From assembly GCA_049997875.1 (NCBI GenBank), contig JBEKRC010000003.1:18725-82724 (forward strand): a stretch of DNA of 64,000 nt. Reading direction: 5' to 3'. Numbering within the stretch: position 1 is the first letter of the stretch; each line of letters begins with the position of its first letter. This DNA comes from Minisyncoccia bacterium (lineage in GTDB: Bacteria > Patescibacteriota > Minisyncoccia > UBA6257 > 2-01-FULL-56-20). The notes under the pieces were generated by a model. That model worked only from the letters and a program-made list of their open reading frames with translations, was not told the DNA's origin and ran no database searches. The position numbers were made by a program, and so were the translations under genes. This document shows, in pieces, positions 54,454 through 63,682 of this stretch.

Positions 54454-57400
54454 ATGTCCAAATTCGTCCACCTTCATACGCATTCCCACTATTCCCTCCT
54501 TGACGGCCTATCCAAAATCGACGAACTCGTAAAGCGGATTAAGGGGCTCGGCATGGATGCCGTTGCGCTCACCGACCATGGCGTACTCTACGGCGCCGTG
54601 GAATTTTATAAATCGGCGAAAAAGAGCGGGATAAAACCGATCCTCGGCGTGGAAACCTATGTGGCGCCCCGCGACCGATTCGCAAAAGAGGCCACCGAAA
54701 AGTACTATCACCTTGTCCTTCTCGCCGAAAACCAAACAGGGTGGAAAAATTTGATCAAGCTCGTTTCCAAAGCTCATTTGGAAGGTTTTTACTATCGCCC
54801 GCGCGTGGACAAAGATCTCCTGCGCGCGCACCACGAAGGAATCATTGCGCTCTCGGCCTGTCTCGGCGGCGAGATCGGGCAGGCGCTTTTTGCCGGGCGA
54901 CCCGACGAAGCAATGCGGATCGCGCGGGACTATGAGACGATCTTCGGCAAGGGAAATTATTTTTTGGAAATCCAAAAACACCCGCACGTTCCCGAGTCGG
55001 AAAAGATAGAAGCGGGGCTCATTGCGCTTTCAAGGGAAACGGGCATCCCGCTCGTCGCCACCCAGGACAGCCACTATCTTCGTTCGGAAGACAACGAATA
55101 CCACGACGTGCTCCTTGCCGTGCAAACCGGCAATAAATTGGCGGATGATGACCGCATGACCATGAAAATGGACGACTTCTCCTTGCTCTCGCCGGAAGCG
55201 ATGGCGGAAAAATTCGCTGGGGTGCCGGGCGGCGCCGAAGCGCTTGAACGCACCGCAGAAATCGCTGCGCGATGCAACGTGGAGCTTGAATTGGGGAAAG
55301 TGCTCCTTCCCAGCTTCCCAAAGCCGGAAGGGAAAACGGCAAACGGCTACCTTCGCGAATTGATTGAGGAACGCTTGCCCAAAAAATTCCCGCCTGAGGC
55401 GCGCACGAAGGAAATGCGCGACCGCCTGGAATATGAATTGGGCGTCATTGAAAAAACCGGTTTCGCAAATTATTTTTTGATCGTCCAAGACCTCATCACG
55501 TGGGCCAAAGCGCACGGCATCGCCGTGGGGCCGGGCAGGGGTTCGGCAGCGGGCAGCTTGATCTCATACGTATTAGACATCACCGACCTCAACCCCCTCA
55601 CCTACGGGCTGCTCTTTGAGCGGTTCCTGAATCCCGAACGTATCCAGATGCCGGACATTGACATTGACTTTGCGGACGCGCGGCGAGACGAAGTGCTTGC
55701 ATACGCGCGTGAGAAGTACGGCGAGGACCGCGTAGCGCGCATCATCACCTTCGGAACGATGGCGGCGCGCGCGGCGATCCGCGACGCCGGCCGCGCCATG
55801 GGCTATTCCTATACCTTCTGCGACCAGATCGCAAAACTGATTCCGTTCAATCCTACCCAGGGCATGAAGGAGGGATGGCTTGACGAATGCCTGAAGCGCG
55901 TGCAGGAACTGAAAGCGCTCTATGATGCCAATCCCGAAGCGAAAAAACTGATTGACACCGCCCGCCACTTGGAGGGCGTCGCGCGGCACGCGTCAGTCCA
56001 CGCCTGCGGCACCGTGATCGCAAAAGAGCCGCTTATGGAGCGAGTGCCCTTGCAATTCGCTCCGCAGGAAAAAAACATCATTATTACCCAGTTTGAGATG
56101 CATGCGATTGAGGATCTCGGCCTTTTGAAAATTGACCTTCTGGGACTCAAAAACCTCACCATCATTGAAGATACGATTCGCCTCGTAAAAGAACTGCGCG
56201 GCGAAACAGTAACCATTTCTCAAATACCGCTTGACGACAAGAAAACCTTTGCACTGCTCCAGAAGGCCGATACGACAGGCGTATTCCAATTTGAATCGAG
56301 TGGGATGCGACGTTACATGAAAGAAATCGACCCTACGGTATTGGAAGATCTCATCGCGCTTGTGGCACTCTTCCGCCCGGGGCCCATGGAACTTATCCCT
56401 TCCTTCATCAAGCGGAAGCATGGAGAAGAAAAAATCGCCTATCTGCATCCCAAGCTTGAGCCGATCCTCAAGAACACCTACGGCATCGGCGTCTATCAAG
56501 AGCAAATGATGCAGATCGCCCGCGACCTTGCGGGCTACACGCTCCCCGAAGCCGACACGTTGCGCAAGGCGATCGGCAAAAAAATAAAGTCGCTCCTGGA
56601 CGAACAGGGCGCAAAACTCGTCAAAGGGATGATAAAGAACGGTATCCCCGAGAAGACCGCGAAAGCGATCTGGGAACTCTTCCCGCCATTCGCGCGCTAT
56701 GGCTTCAATCGGAGCCATGCAGCGTGCTACGCGCTCATCGGCTACCAAACGGCATATTTAAAGGCGCACTACCCGGAAGAATTTACTGCGGCGCTTTTGA
56801 ATGCCGAGGTAAGCGATATTGAGCGCATTTCGTTCTTCATTCAGGAAGCGAAGCAGTCGGGCATTGAAATTCTCGCGCCTGCCATCAATAAGAGCTTTGT
56901 CAGCTTCACGCCGGAAGGGGAAAAGATCCGATTCGGGCTTGAAGCGGTAAAGAACGTCGGCTCCGAAATAACGAGGGCAATCATTGAGGAACGCACGCGC
57001 CGCGGGCCGTTTAAGAATTTTGAAGACGTCCTTATGCGCATCCAACATAAAGATCTGAATAAAAAATCCCTGGAAAGCTTGGTGAAGGCTGGCGCCTTTG
57101 ACTCGCTTGGCATTGAGCGCAACCAGGCGCTCACGAACATGGACGACATCCTGCGATTTGCGAATGCTGCGAGAAAGACGGGCAATCAACCAAATGGTGG
57201 TTCGCTCTTCGGCGATACCATGCCGGCGGCGTCGCTCAAATTGAAACCGGCGGCACCCGCCACGAACGCCGAGAAGCTCGCTTGGGAAAAGGAGCTTATT
57301 GGATTCTACCTTTCGGAACACCCGCTCGCCGCGCACACGGAAAAACTGAAGGCCGTGGGCGCGAAACCAATCGCAGAACTTATAGCCGTCAAGAACGAAC

Positions 57401-57651
57401 GGCTCATCGTACGCACCGCGGGCGTCATCACAAAAATACGCAAGATTATCACAAAGAACGGCCAGCCGATGATCTTCGCGACGATTGAAGACGCCTCGCG
57501 AAAGCCGCTGGAGGTCGTGGTGTTCGCGAGCGTTCTCGAAAAGACCGCGCCCGCGTGGGTGGCGAACGCCGCGGTTATCGTCCAAGGGAGAATCTCTCCA
57601 CGCGACGGCGAGGCGAAACTGATCTGTGATAACGCGAAGCGGCTTAGCTAG
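54454..57651 (+). CDS. dnaE: DNA polymerase III subunit alpha (compact 1065-aa form)
   Basis: PHP domain (MSKFVHLHTHSHYSLLDG), polymerase core (…GRGSAAGSLISYVLDITDLNP…PDIDIDF…), OB-fold C-terminus. Confidence 0.92.
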   Translation: MSKFVHLHTHSHYSLLDGLSKIDELVKRIKGLGMDAVALTDHGVLYGAVEFYKSAKKSGIKPILGVETYVAPRDRFAKEATEKYYHLVLLAENQTGWKNLIKLVSKAHLEGFYYRPRVDKDLLRAHHEGIIALSACLGGEIGQALFAGRPDEAMRIARDYETIFGKGNYFLEIQKHPHVPESEKIEAGLIALSRETGIPLVATQDSHYLRSEDNEYHDVLLAVQTGNKLADDDRMTMKMDDFSLLSPEAMAEKFAGVPGGAEALERTAEIAARCNVELELGKVLLPSFPKPEGKTANGYLRELIEERLPKKFPPEARTKEMRDRLEYELGVIEKTGFANYFLIVQDLITWAKAHGIAVGPGRGSAAGSLISYVLDITDLNPLTYGLLFERFLNPERIQMPDIDIDFADARRDEVLAYAREKYGEDRVARIITFGTMAARAAIRDAGRAMGYSYTFCDQIAKLIPFNPTQGMKEGWLDECLKRVQELKALYDANPEAKKLIDTARHLEGVARHASVHACGTVIAKEPLMERVPLQFAPQEKNIIITQFEMHAIEDLGLLKIDLLGLKNLTIIEDTIRLVKELRGETVTISQIPLDDKKTFALLQKADTTGVFQFESSGMRRYMKEIDPTVLEDLIALVALFRPGPMELIPSFIKRKHGEEKIAYLHPKLEPILKNTYGIGVYQEQMMQIARDLAGYTLPEADTLRKAIGKKIKSLLDEQGAKLVKGMIKNGIPEKTAKAIWELFPPFARYGFNRSHAACYALIGYQTAYLKAHYPEEFTAALLNAEVSDIERISFFIQEAKQSGIEILAPAINKSFVSFTPEGEKIRFGLEAVKNVGSEITRAIIEERTRRGPFKNFEDVLMRIQHKDLNKKSLESLVKAGAFDSLGIERNQALTNMDDILRFANAARKTGNQPNGGSLFGDTMPAASLKLKPAAPATNAEKLAWEKELIGFYLSEHPLAAHTEKLKAVGAKPIAELIAVKNERLIVRTAGVITKIRKIITKNGQPMIFATIEDASRKPLEVVVFASVLEKTAPAWVANAAVIVQGRISPRDGEAKLICDNAKRLS

Positions 57652-58054
57652 CTCTCGTACTACAACGGTTGCGATATTTCGTGGGCCCATAGGGCGCGAG
57701 GATCGCAAGCTCCACATGCCAATTGAAATCCGAGAGGTGTTGTTTCAAATCTTCTTTCAGCGTCTCTTGATCGTATCCCAAGGCAATTGTGTCGGGGCGG
57801 TGGCCCTTCACCACCCCGTAGGTACTAATCTCCGCATCACCGGGGACAACGAGGTCAGCCACCATCTCGGCTTCGAGTGCGTCAATTCTCGCCTCTAGAT
57901 TGCGGCGCGGCGGATGGTGTTTCAGCCGCTCCACAACCTCGTCCGGCGCAACGGCAACGATCAAATGGTCGCCGTATGCCCGCGCCTGCCTCAAAAACGC
58001 GCGATGGCCTTCGTGAATCCCGTCAAACGTCCCAAACACCAAAACCTTCCTCAT
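57644..58054 (-). CDS. cytidylyltransferase-like (HxGH) nucleotidyltransferase, specificity not assignable
   Basis: 136 aa. VFGTFDGIHEGH motif (H-x-G-H nucleotidyltransferase superfamily). 8-nt antisense overlap with the dnaE stop. Confidence 0.6.
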   Translation of the reverse strand: MRKVLVFGTFDGIHEGHRAFLRQARAYGDHLIVAVAPDEVVERLKHHPPRRNLEARIDALEAEMVADLVVPGDAEISTYGVVKGHRPDTIALGYDQETLKEDLKQHLSDFNWHVELAILAPYGPTKYRNRCSTRAS

Positions 58055-58063
58055 GTATGAACG

Positions 58064-59545
58064 CTATTTCTTTGGCCGCATGAGCGGGAAGAACACGCAT
58101 TCGCGCATCGGCCGATCCATAAGCACCGCGAACAACCGCTCGGAGATGCCGAATCCGCCCGCGGGCGGCATGCCGTACGAAAGCGCTTCTAAAAAATCCT
58201 CGTCCAAAAATTGTGCCTCCCGGTCCCCCGCCGCGCGGAGCTCCATCTGCTCTTCAAACCGCGCGCGCTGGTCAACTGGATCGTTCAATTCCGAAAATCC
58301 CTTGCCGAGCTCTGTGCCCGCAGCCATAATCTGGAACCGTTCCACCACTTTTGAATTCCCGGGCTTGCGCTTCGCAAGCGGCTCAAGTTCCACCGGCGGA
58401 TCCACGAGGAAGCACGGCTCAACCAAATGAGGACGCACGGTTTTTTTATAGATCAGATCAATCAGGCGTCCTTTGCCGAGGTTCTTTTCCGGCTCCAGTT
58501 TCAATTCCTTCGCTTTTTTAAATAACGCGGCGCGCGACGTGGCAGCCGGATCAACGCCGTTCGCCGCTTTGAACGCTTCAACATAATCCACTTTCTTCCA
58601 TTTTTTTGACCAGTCAATCTTTTTGCCATCACGCTCCGTCACAAGCCCACCGCATGTTTTTTTGATAACCTCTTTATAAACTTTTTCAGTGAGCGCCATC
58701 GTATCGTTATAGTCGCGGTACGCCCAATAGAACTCCAGTTGGGCATAATCCTGCAGGTGCTCACGGTCAATGCCCTCGTTCCGGAAAATGTGGCCGATCT
58801 CAAAAACCTTCTCAAAACCGCCCACGAGAAGACGCTTCAGGGGCAGCTCAAGCGAAATGCGAAGATAAAAATCCGTATCCAGCGCGTTGTGATGCGTTTT
58901 GAACGGTTCCGCTTCCGCGCCGCCCGGCAACCGTTCCAAAACCGGCGTTTCCACCTCCAAAAATCCTTCCGCCCGTAGCGCATTCCGGAACGCTTCCCAA
59001 AACACCGTCTTTTTCCTAAACAGCTCCCGTAACTCAGGCGTCGCGATAAGATCAAGATAGCGCTTTCGGAGCCGAAGCTCCTCGTCTTCCACGCCCGCCC
59101 ATTTGTCGGGCAGTGGCAGCAAGCTCTTCGCCGCCATCGCGAGTTCCCGCGCTTCCAAACTTTTTTCGCCGCGCTTCGTCTCAAAAAGAACGCCTGTCGC
59201 AGAAATAAAATCACCGATGTCCAGCACCGACCGCCAGAACTCCAAGCCGCGCACATCCTTGAGCGCATCTTCCTTCAAAACAACCTGGATCTTCCCGCTT
59301 TCATCCTCAATATCCGCGAACACGATCTTCCCCTGGTCCCGCAAACTCCGCAACCGTCCCGCAAGCGACACGCCCTTTTTTGATTTCTCCAACTTCGCAA
59401 AATCGCGCAGTGCCTCCGCAATCGGAAACGTCCTCGCCACCCGCGCGGGATAAGGATCCATCCCCGCCTTTCGTAAGAGCTCCAGCTTCTTCCGCCGCTC
59501 CCTGATAATGTCTTCCAGCATCCTTTTGATGATACCATCCCCCAC
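58064..59545 (-). CDS. lysS: lysine--tRNA ligase (class II)
   Basis: N-terminal OB anticodon-binding domain. Class II motifs 1-3 (…FLEVETPVL…, …FRNEGIDREHL…, …GGFGISERLFAVL…). Confidence 0.88.
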   Translation of the reverse strand: MGDGIIKRMLEDIIRERRKKLELLRKAGMDPYPARVARTFPIAEALRDFAKLEKSKKGVSLAGRLRSLRDQGKIVFADIEDESGKIQVVLKEDALKDVRGLEFWRSVLDIGDFISATGVLFETKRGEKSLEARELAMAAKSLLPLPDKWAGVEDEELRLRKRYLDLIATPELRELFRKKTVFWEAFRNALRAEGFLEVETPVLERLPGGAEAEPFKTHHNALDTDFYLRISLELPLKRLLVGGFEKVFEIGHIFRNEGIDREHLQDYAQLEFYWAYRDYNDTMALTEKVYKEVIKKTCGGLVTERDGKKIDWSKKWKKVDYVEAFKAANGVDPAATSRAALFKKAKELKLEPEKNLGKGRLIDLIYKKTVRPHLVEPCFLVDPPVELEPLAKRKPGNSKVVERFQIMAAGTELGKGFSELNDPVDQRARFEEQMELRAAGDREAQFLDEDFLEALSYGMPPAGGFGISERLFAVLMDRPMRECVFFPLMRPKK

Positions 59546-60503
59546 TACTTTTTAAAACTTTTTAACCATTCACGTGGAATGATAGGTAATTCAATGGCAA
59601 AGAAAAACATTTTCTCAGCGTCTACGCTAAAAAACCCTCCAATAAAAGAAGGGTTCCTTAGCATGCCTGCTGTCAACAATATAACATCGACAGGGACAAC
59701 CGCCCCGCAGGCATAGTTTCATATTAGGACGCCATATCCTAAAGTCAAATACCTTTTAAGAATTTTTTAATGAAAGTCAAGCGCACGGGCCTGGACGATC
59801 TTCGAACAGCGCTAACTATGCATAAATAAAAAAGCCGTCCTCCTAGGATAGCTCGAATACTGTGGGGAGAGGGAGGAACAAGGTCTCGCCATATTCCGCC
59901 CTCTCCTTCCACGTCGCCTTCAAGGGTCAAAAAACCCTAGGGCGTCGTAATCTGGTGGACCCCTCAGCCGGGCTCGTTGGCCATTGGGTCCGCATCACCG
60001 TTGTTGGACGCAGTCACGCCGCTGGTCGCCCGTTTCGATATAGTGTGGGCCAGCGTGGTATGAGTCATATTGGCATTCATATGGGGTAAGTCCTCCAAGA
60101 TAAGTGTAGTGTACCGCAGCGCGCGGACATACTACTGAGATTATCCGGACGCTAGATCTAATATAGCATATCCGGGAGCTTGTTGCGATTGCCCCGCCGC
60201 CAACTGACTTAGATTACCCCCCCACCGCTTATAGATTCCTGTGTTCGAAATCAACGGGATCCTCTGTCCTGGAAGCCTTGATTTTGCTCAATCGTGCGCG
60301 GGCCTGGATTCGAACCATAATCAAAAAGTATATAGCTGCCTGCCCGCCTTTTGCGAACCGTGCGGAGGCTGAGTTAAAAATCCGCGAGCGAACAGGAAAT
60401 CCGCCGGGTGCCCCCGCCGAAGGCGAGAGGGCGGCGGATTTCCGTCCATGAGCGGGCCGGATTTTTGCGAGGCCGGAGAGGGTTCACAAAGGCAGGCAGG
60501 CAG

Positions 60504-60962
60504 CTATTCTATCTTCACGATTTCATACGTCGCCGCCCCTGCCGGCGTCGCAACCTCCACCGTCTCCCCCGCTTTCTTCCTCAAAAACGCCTTGCCGAGC
60601 GGCGATTCGTCGGAGATGCGGCCTTCCTCCGGCTTCGCCTCATACGATCCGACAATCGTGTACGCCACCGTTTTTTCCCCCCGCCGAGCCGTTACCGTGG
60701 AACCCACAACCACGGTGTCGCTCCCTTCCGTTTTTTTAATTGTCACCGCCTGCTTCAAAAGGTCCTCAAGCTCGGCAATCCGCGTTTCCACGTTCGCCTG
60801 CTCCTCGCGCGCTTCGGCATACTCCGAATTCTCGGAAAGGTCGCCGTATTCCTTCGCCTGTTTCAAACGTTCGGCCACCTCCACCCGCTTTTTGTTCTTG
60901 AGCGTTTCCAATTCTTCCTTGAACTCCTCAAGCCGCTCTTTCGTAAGATATTGTTTTGCCAT
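60504..60962 (-). CDS. greA: transcription elongation factor GreA
   Basis: 152 aa. N-terminal coiled coil with conserved acidic tip and C-terminal FKBP-like domain (…YTIVGSYEAKPEEGRIS…PLGKAFLRKKAGE…). Confidence 0.85.
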   Translation of the reverse strand: MAKQYLTKERLEEFKEELETLKNKKRVEVAERLKQAKEYGDLSENSEYAEAREEQANVETRIAELEDLLKQAVTIKKTEGSDTVVVGSTVTARRGEKTVAYTIVGSYEAKPEEGRISDESPLGKAFLRKKAGETVEVATPAGAATYEIVKIE

Positions 60963-60985
60963 CGTTAATAGCTACTAAGGATACC

Positions 60986-61711
60986 CTACTTGTATTTTCC
61001 TGTCCACAACCACCAGCGAACTCTTGCCATGTCCCGCAAAAACTGCAGGCCGCCCGAGAATTTGACGTGTGATTTTGCGTCGTTCACCCAATGAACGGGC
61101 ACTTGCGCGATCTTGCATCCCATCGCCTTTGCAAGCGCAAGCGCTTCAAAATCAAATCCCCAGCCGGGGAGCCGCGATTTTTCAAACACTTTCATCGCGG
61201 CGTCCGCCGTGAAAGCTTTGAAACCACACTGGGTATCCCAGATGCCCGGGAGGAGCAGGAGCTGAACGAGGAGGTTCAACGCCTTCCCGATAAGCTGCCG
61301 CCACCACGGTTCCGGAGGGTCAAGTTTGGCACCTGCGACCACCCGCGAGCCGATCACCACTTCATATCCTTCCTTGAAAAGCGGGATCATCTGATCAAAC
61401 TGATCAATGGAAGTGGAGTTGTCGGCGTCGGTAAAAAGCCGGACAGTGCCGTTTGTGAGAAGCATCCCCTGCCGCACGACGCCTCCCTTGCCCTTATTCT
61501 CTGTGTTGTCTATAAGTTTCAAATTCCTCACAAGCTTTTTCATCTTCTCCACAACCTCCGCCGTGTTGTCCTTTGAGCCGTCATTCACCACCACAATTTC
61601 GTAAGAGTACGGCGCGTGCTCCAACCGCTTGTCCATGTCAAGCAACGTTTTCGGGAGCCGCTCCGCCTCGTCGTATGCCGGTACGATAATGGAAAGATAG
61701 GGTTGCGCCAT
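60986..61711 (-). CDS. family-2 glycosyltransferase (dolichyl/polyprenyl-phosphate sugar transferase-like)
   Basis: …LSIIVPAYDEAERL… and a DxD-like motif …FTDADNS…. Confidence 0.7.
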   Translation of the reverse strand: MAQPYLSIIVPAYDEAERLPKTLLDMDKRLEHAPYSYEIVVVNDGSKDNTAEVVEKMKKLVRNLKLIDNTENKGKGGVVRQGMLLTNGTVRLFTDADNSTSIDQFDQMIPLFKEGYEVVIGSRVVAGAKLDPPEPWWRQLIGKALNLLVQLLLLPGIWDTQCGFKAFTADAAMKVFEKSRLPGWGFDFEALALAKAMGCKIAQVPVHWVNDAKSHVKFSGGLQFLRDMARVRWWLWTGKYK

Positions 61712-61732
61712 TGTGGAAAATTATAGCACGAA

Positions 61733-62488
61733 TTACGCAGTGAGGATTCGTGGGCCGTTTTTTGTGACTGCCACGGTGTGTTCAAAATGGGCCGCGAGCG
61801 ACCCATCGGCCGTAGCCCAGCTCTCGTCGCGCAATTGCCTGAGAGGTGGACGACCCAGCACGAGCATCGGCTCAATCGCAAGCACGGTACCTTCCTGCAA
61901 CTCCTCGCCCTCTCCTTTGCGGCCCACATTGGGCACGGTCGGATCTTCGTGGAGAGAGCGGCCGATACCGTGTCCCGTAAGCCCGTCCGCAACGGTGCAT
62001 CGGTTCTTTTTCGCAGTCTTTTCTACTATGGAGCCGATGTCGCCCAACGTCTCACCGATCCTTGCTTCCGAAGTCGCGGCGAGAAGTGCTTCCTTTGTGG
62101 CCGCAACGAGCCGATCGGCGTCCCTGCCAATCCTGCCTACCGCCACCGTAAGCGCCGCATCAAGATAAAATCCTTTGTACAAAAGGCCAAGATCCAGCTT
62201 CACGAGATCGCCATCTTTCATAACGTAATCGGATGGCTGGCCGTGCACGACAACGTCATTTAATGAAGTGCAGAGCGAATACGGATAGGCGCGGCGCGCG
62301 CCGGCGGGGCGGTAGTGCAAAAACGCCGGCTTCGCTCCGGAGGCATGGATAAGCTGATACGCAAGCCGGTCAAGGTGCTTTGTGGTTATACCCGCGCGCG
62401 TTGCTTCCGCGAGGCGCCGCAGCACCTCCGCGAGCCGCCGACCGCCCTCCGCCATCACCTCAATCTCTTCGGGTGTTTTAAGAATCAT
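61733..62488 (-). CDS. map: methionine aminopeptidase, type I
   Basis: Start trimmed to MILKTPEEIEVM, giving 251 aa. Pita-bread-fold metal ligands in conserved context. The longer ORF would overlap the upstream gene more extensively. Confidence 0.75.
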   Translation of the reverse strand: MILKTPEEIEVMAEGGRRLAEVLRRLAEATRAGITTKHLDRLAYQLIHASGAKPAFLHYRPAGARRAYPYSLCTSLNDVVVHGQPSDYVMKDGDLVKLDLGLLYKGFYLDAALTVAVGRIGRDADRLVAATKEALLAATSEARIGETLGDIGSIVEKTAKKNRCTVADGLTGHGIGRSLHEDPTVPNVGRKGEGEELQEGTVLAIEPMLVLGRPPLRQLRDESWATADGSLAAHFEHTVAVTKNGPRILTA

Positions 62489-63083
62489 AGCGGCGTAGCG
62501 CTGCGGCAATTCTCGCCCATACTTCGGCCCGCGTTCCCATACCGGAAATTTTTTTGAAAGTATATTTCTTTTTGAAAAACGCCTTGACGCGGGAAACCTG
62601 CGCTTCATAATACCGCCACCGATTTCTGATCGCCCGCTCTTCGTCATCGCTTCGCTTCACCAGTTTTCCTCTCACATACTCCCGCCGCTTCCTCGCCCGT
62701 TTTACGGTTTCAGACCTGGGAACGCTTAGATATAAAACCAACGGATCGCTCCGCCCATTCTGCTTGAGCAATCGGGCAACCAGTTTCGCTTCCCCGATCA
62801 TTTTAGGAGTGCCATCAAAAAGGATGCCCTGTTTGCGGGGAACGGCAGGGATCGTGCGCAGATAAATATCCCGTACCAGCCACGTTGGCGTCAGCTTCCC
62901 CGCAGCGTTGGTCCGCACAAAATCATATCGTGCCCGCACGGCGGGCTTCCTCAATTCCCGTCCCATATCAAAATCATAGAAATGGTATTTCGCGACGAGC
63001 CGCGCGGCCTGCGTAACCTTCCCAGATGCCGGATCGCCGAGTAAAATAAGGTTAAGCGGTTTTTTACTCGTATTCTTGTTCAT
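62478..63083 (-). CDS. adenylate-kinase-like nucleoside monophosphate kinase (divergent paralog)
   Basis: P-loop LILLGDPASGKVTQAARL. The NMP-binding/LID region has diverged. Confidence 0.55.
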   Translation of the reverse strand: MNKNTSKKPLNLILLGDPASGKVTQAARLVAKYHFYDFDMGRELRKPAVRARYDFVRTNAAGKLTPTWLVRDIYLRTIPAVPRKQGILFDGTPKMIGEAKLVARLLKQNGRSDPLVLYLSVPRSETVKRARKRREYVRGKLVKRSDDEERAIRNRWRYYEAQVSRVKAFFKKKYTFKKISGMGTRAEVWARIAAALRRYDS

Positions 63084-63667
63084 GCGTGGCGTTCCCCTGC
63101 GATCCCGAGGGCGGCGTCAATGCTTTTCTCAATCTCTTCAATAGAGGGACATCCGTCAATCGCGATGAAGGTCGTTTCCTTTTTCAAATAATCAGTCACT
63201 GGTCCAATTGCTTCCTCATAGGCGCGGAGGCGCTCGCTGATGGCCTCGGGCGTGTCGTCCGCCCTCCCCTCCTTTTGGGCGCGGAGCAAGAGCCGCTTGA
63301 AGGTCTCTTCTCTTGGCAGTTCAAGGAAAATAGTCACCGGCCTTTTCCTTTTCTGGCCTTTGAGAAAACCAACCAAAAACTCCGCCTGCCCCATCCGCCT
63401 TGGGATACCGTCAAAAACGACCCCTTGGTCGGCAGAAATGGTCGCGAGCTTCGCCTTCGCAACTTCAATAATGAGCTCGTCGGTAAGCAACACCCCTTGG
63501 TCCATGACGGAAAGCTTCTTTGCAAGAGGAGTATCCCCCGCCTTTATCTCCCGAAGGATCTCCCCCATCTCCCAAAACAAAAATCCCATCTTCGCGGCCA
63601 GTAATTTTCCCTGCGTCCCCTTCCCCGATCCCTGCGGACCGAGGACAAGTACCGTATCAAAATCCAT
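63080..63667 (-). CDS. adk: adenylate kinase
   Basis: P-loop VLGPQGSGKGTQ. NMP-binding …FDGIPRR… Short LID. Confidence 0.8.
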   Translation of the reverse strand: MDFDTVLVLGPQGSGKGTQGKLLAAKMGFLFWEMGEILREIKAGDTPLAKKLSVMDQGVLLTDELIIEVAKAKLATISADQGVVFDGIPRRMGQAEFLVGFLKGQKRKRPVTIFLELPREETFKRLLLRAQKEGRADDTPEAISERLRAYEEAIGPVTDYLKKETTFIAIDGCPSIEEIEKSIDAALGIAGERHA

Positions 63668-63682
63668 GCTACTATCATAAAG

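Noticed and set aside
59594-59716. 40-codon ORF (MAKKNIFSASTLKNPPIKEGFLSMPAVNNITSTGTTAPQA) in the lysS-greA gap
   Set aside because: No convincing Shine-Dalgarno, no similarity to small ribosomal proteins or known leader peptides, and it is too short to assess coding bias. Mentioned only as something Ribo-seq could test.
60296-60330. GGATTCGAACC segment resembling a tRNA/tmRNA T-arm or the tmRNA 5' GGATTCGAC motif
   Set aside because: No acceptor stem, D arm or anticodon stem could be folded around it on either strand, no CCA or discriminator context, and no tag-peptide reading frame ending in -LAA followed by a stop was found. The region is therefore left as unexplained non-coding sequence rather than called tmRNA.
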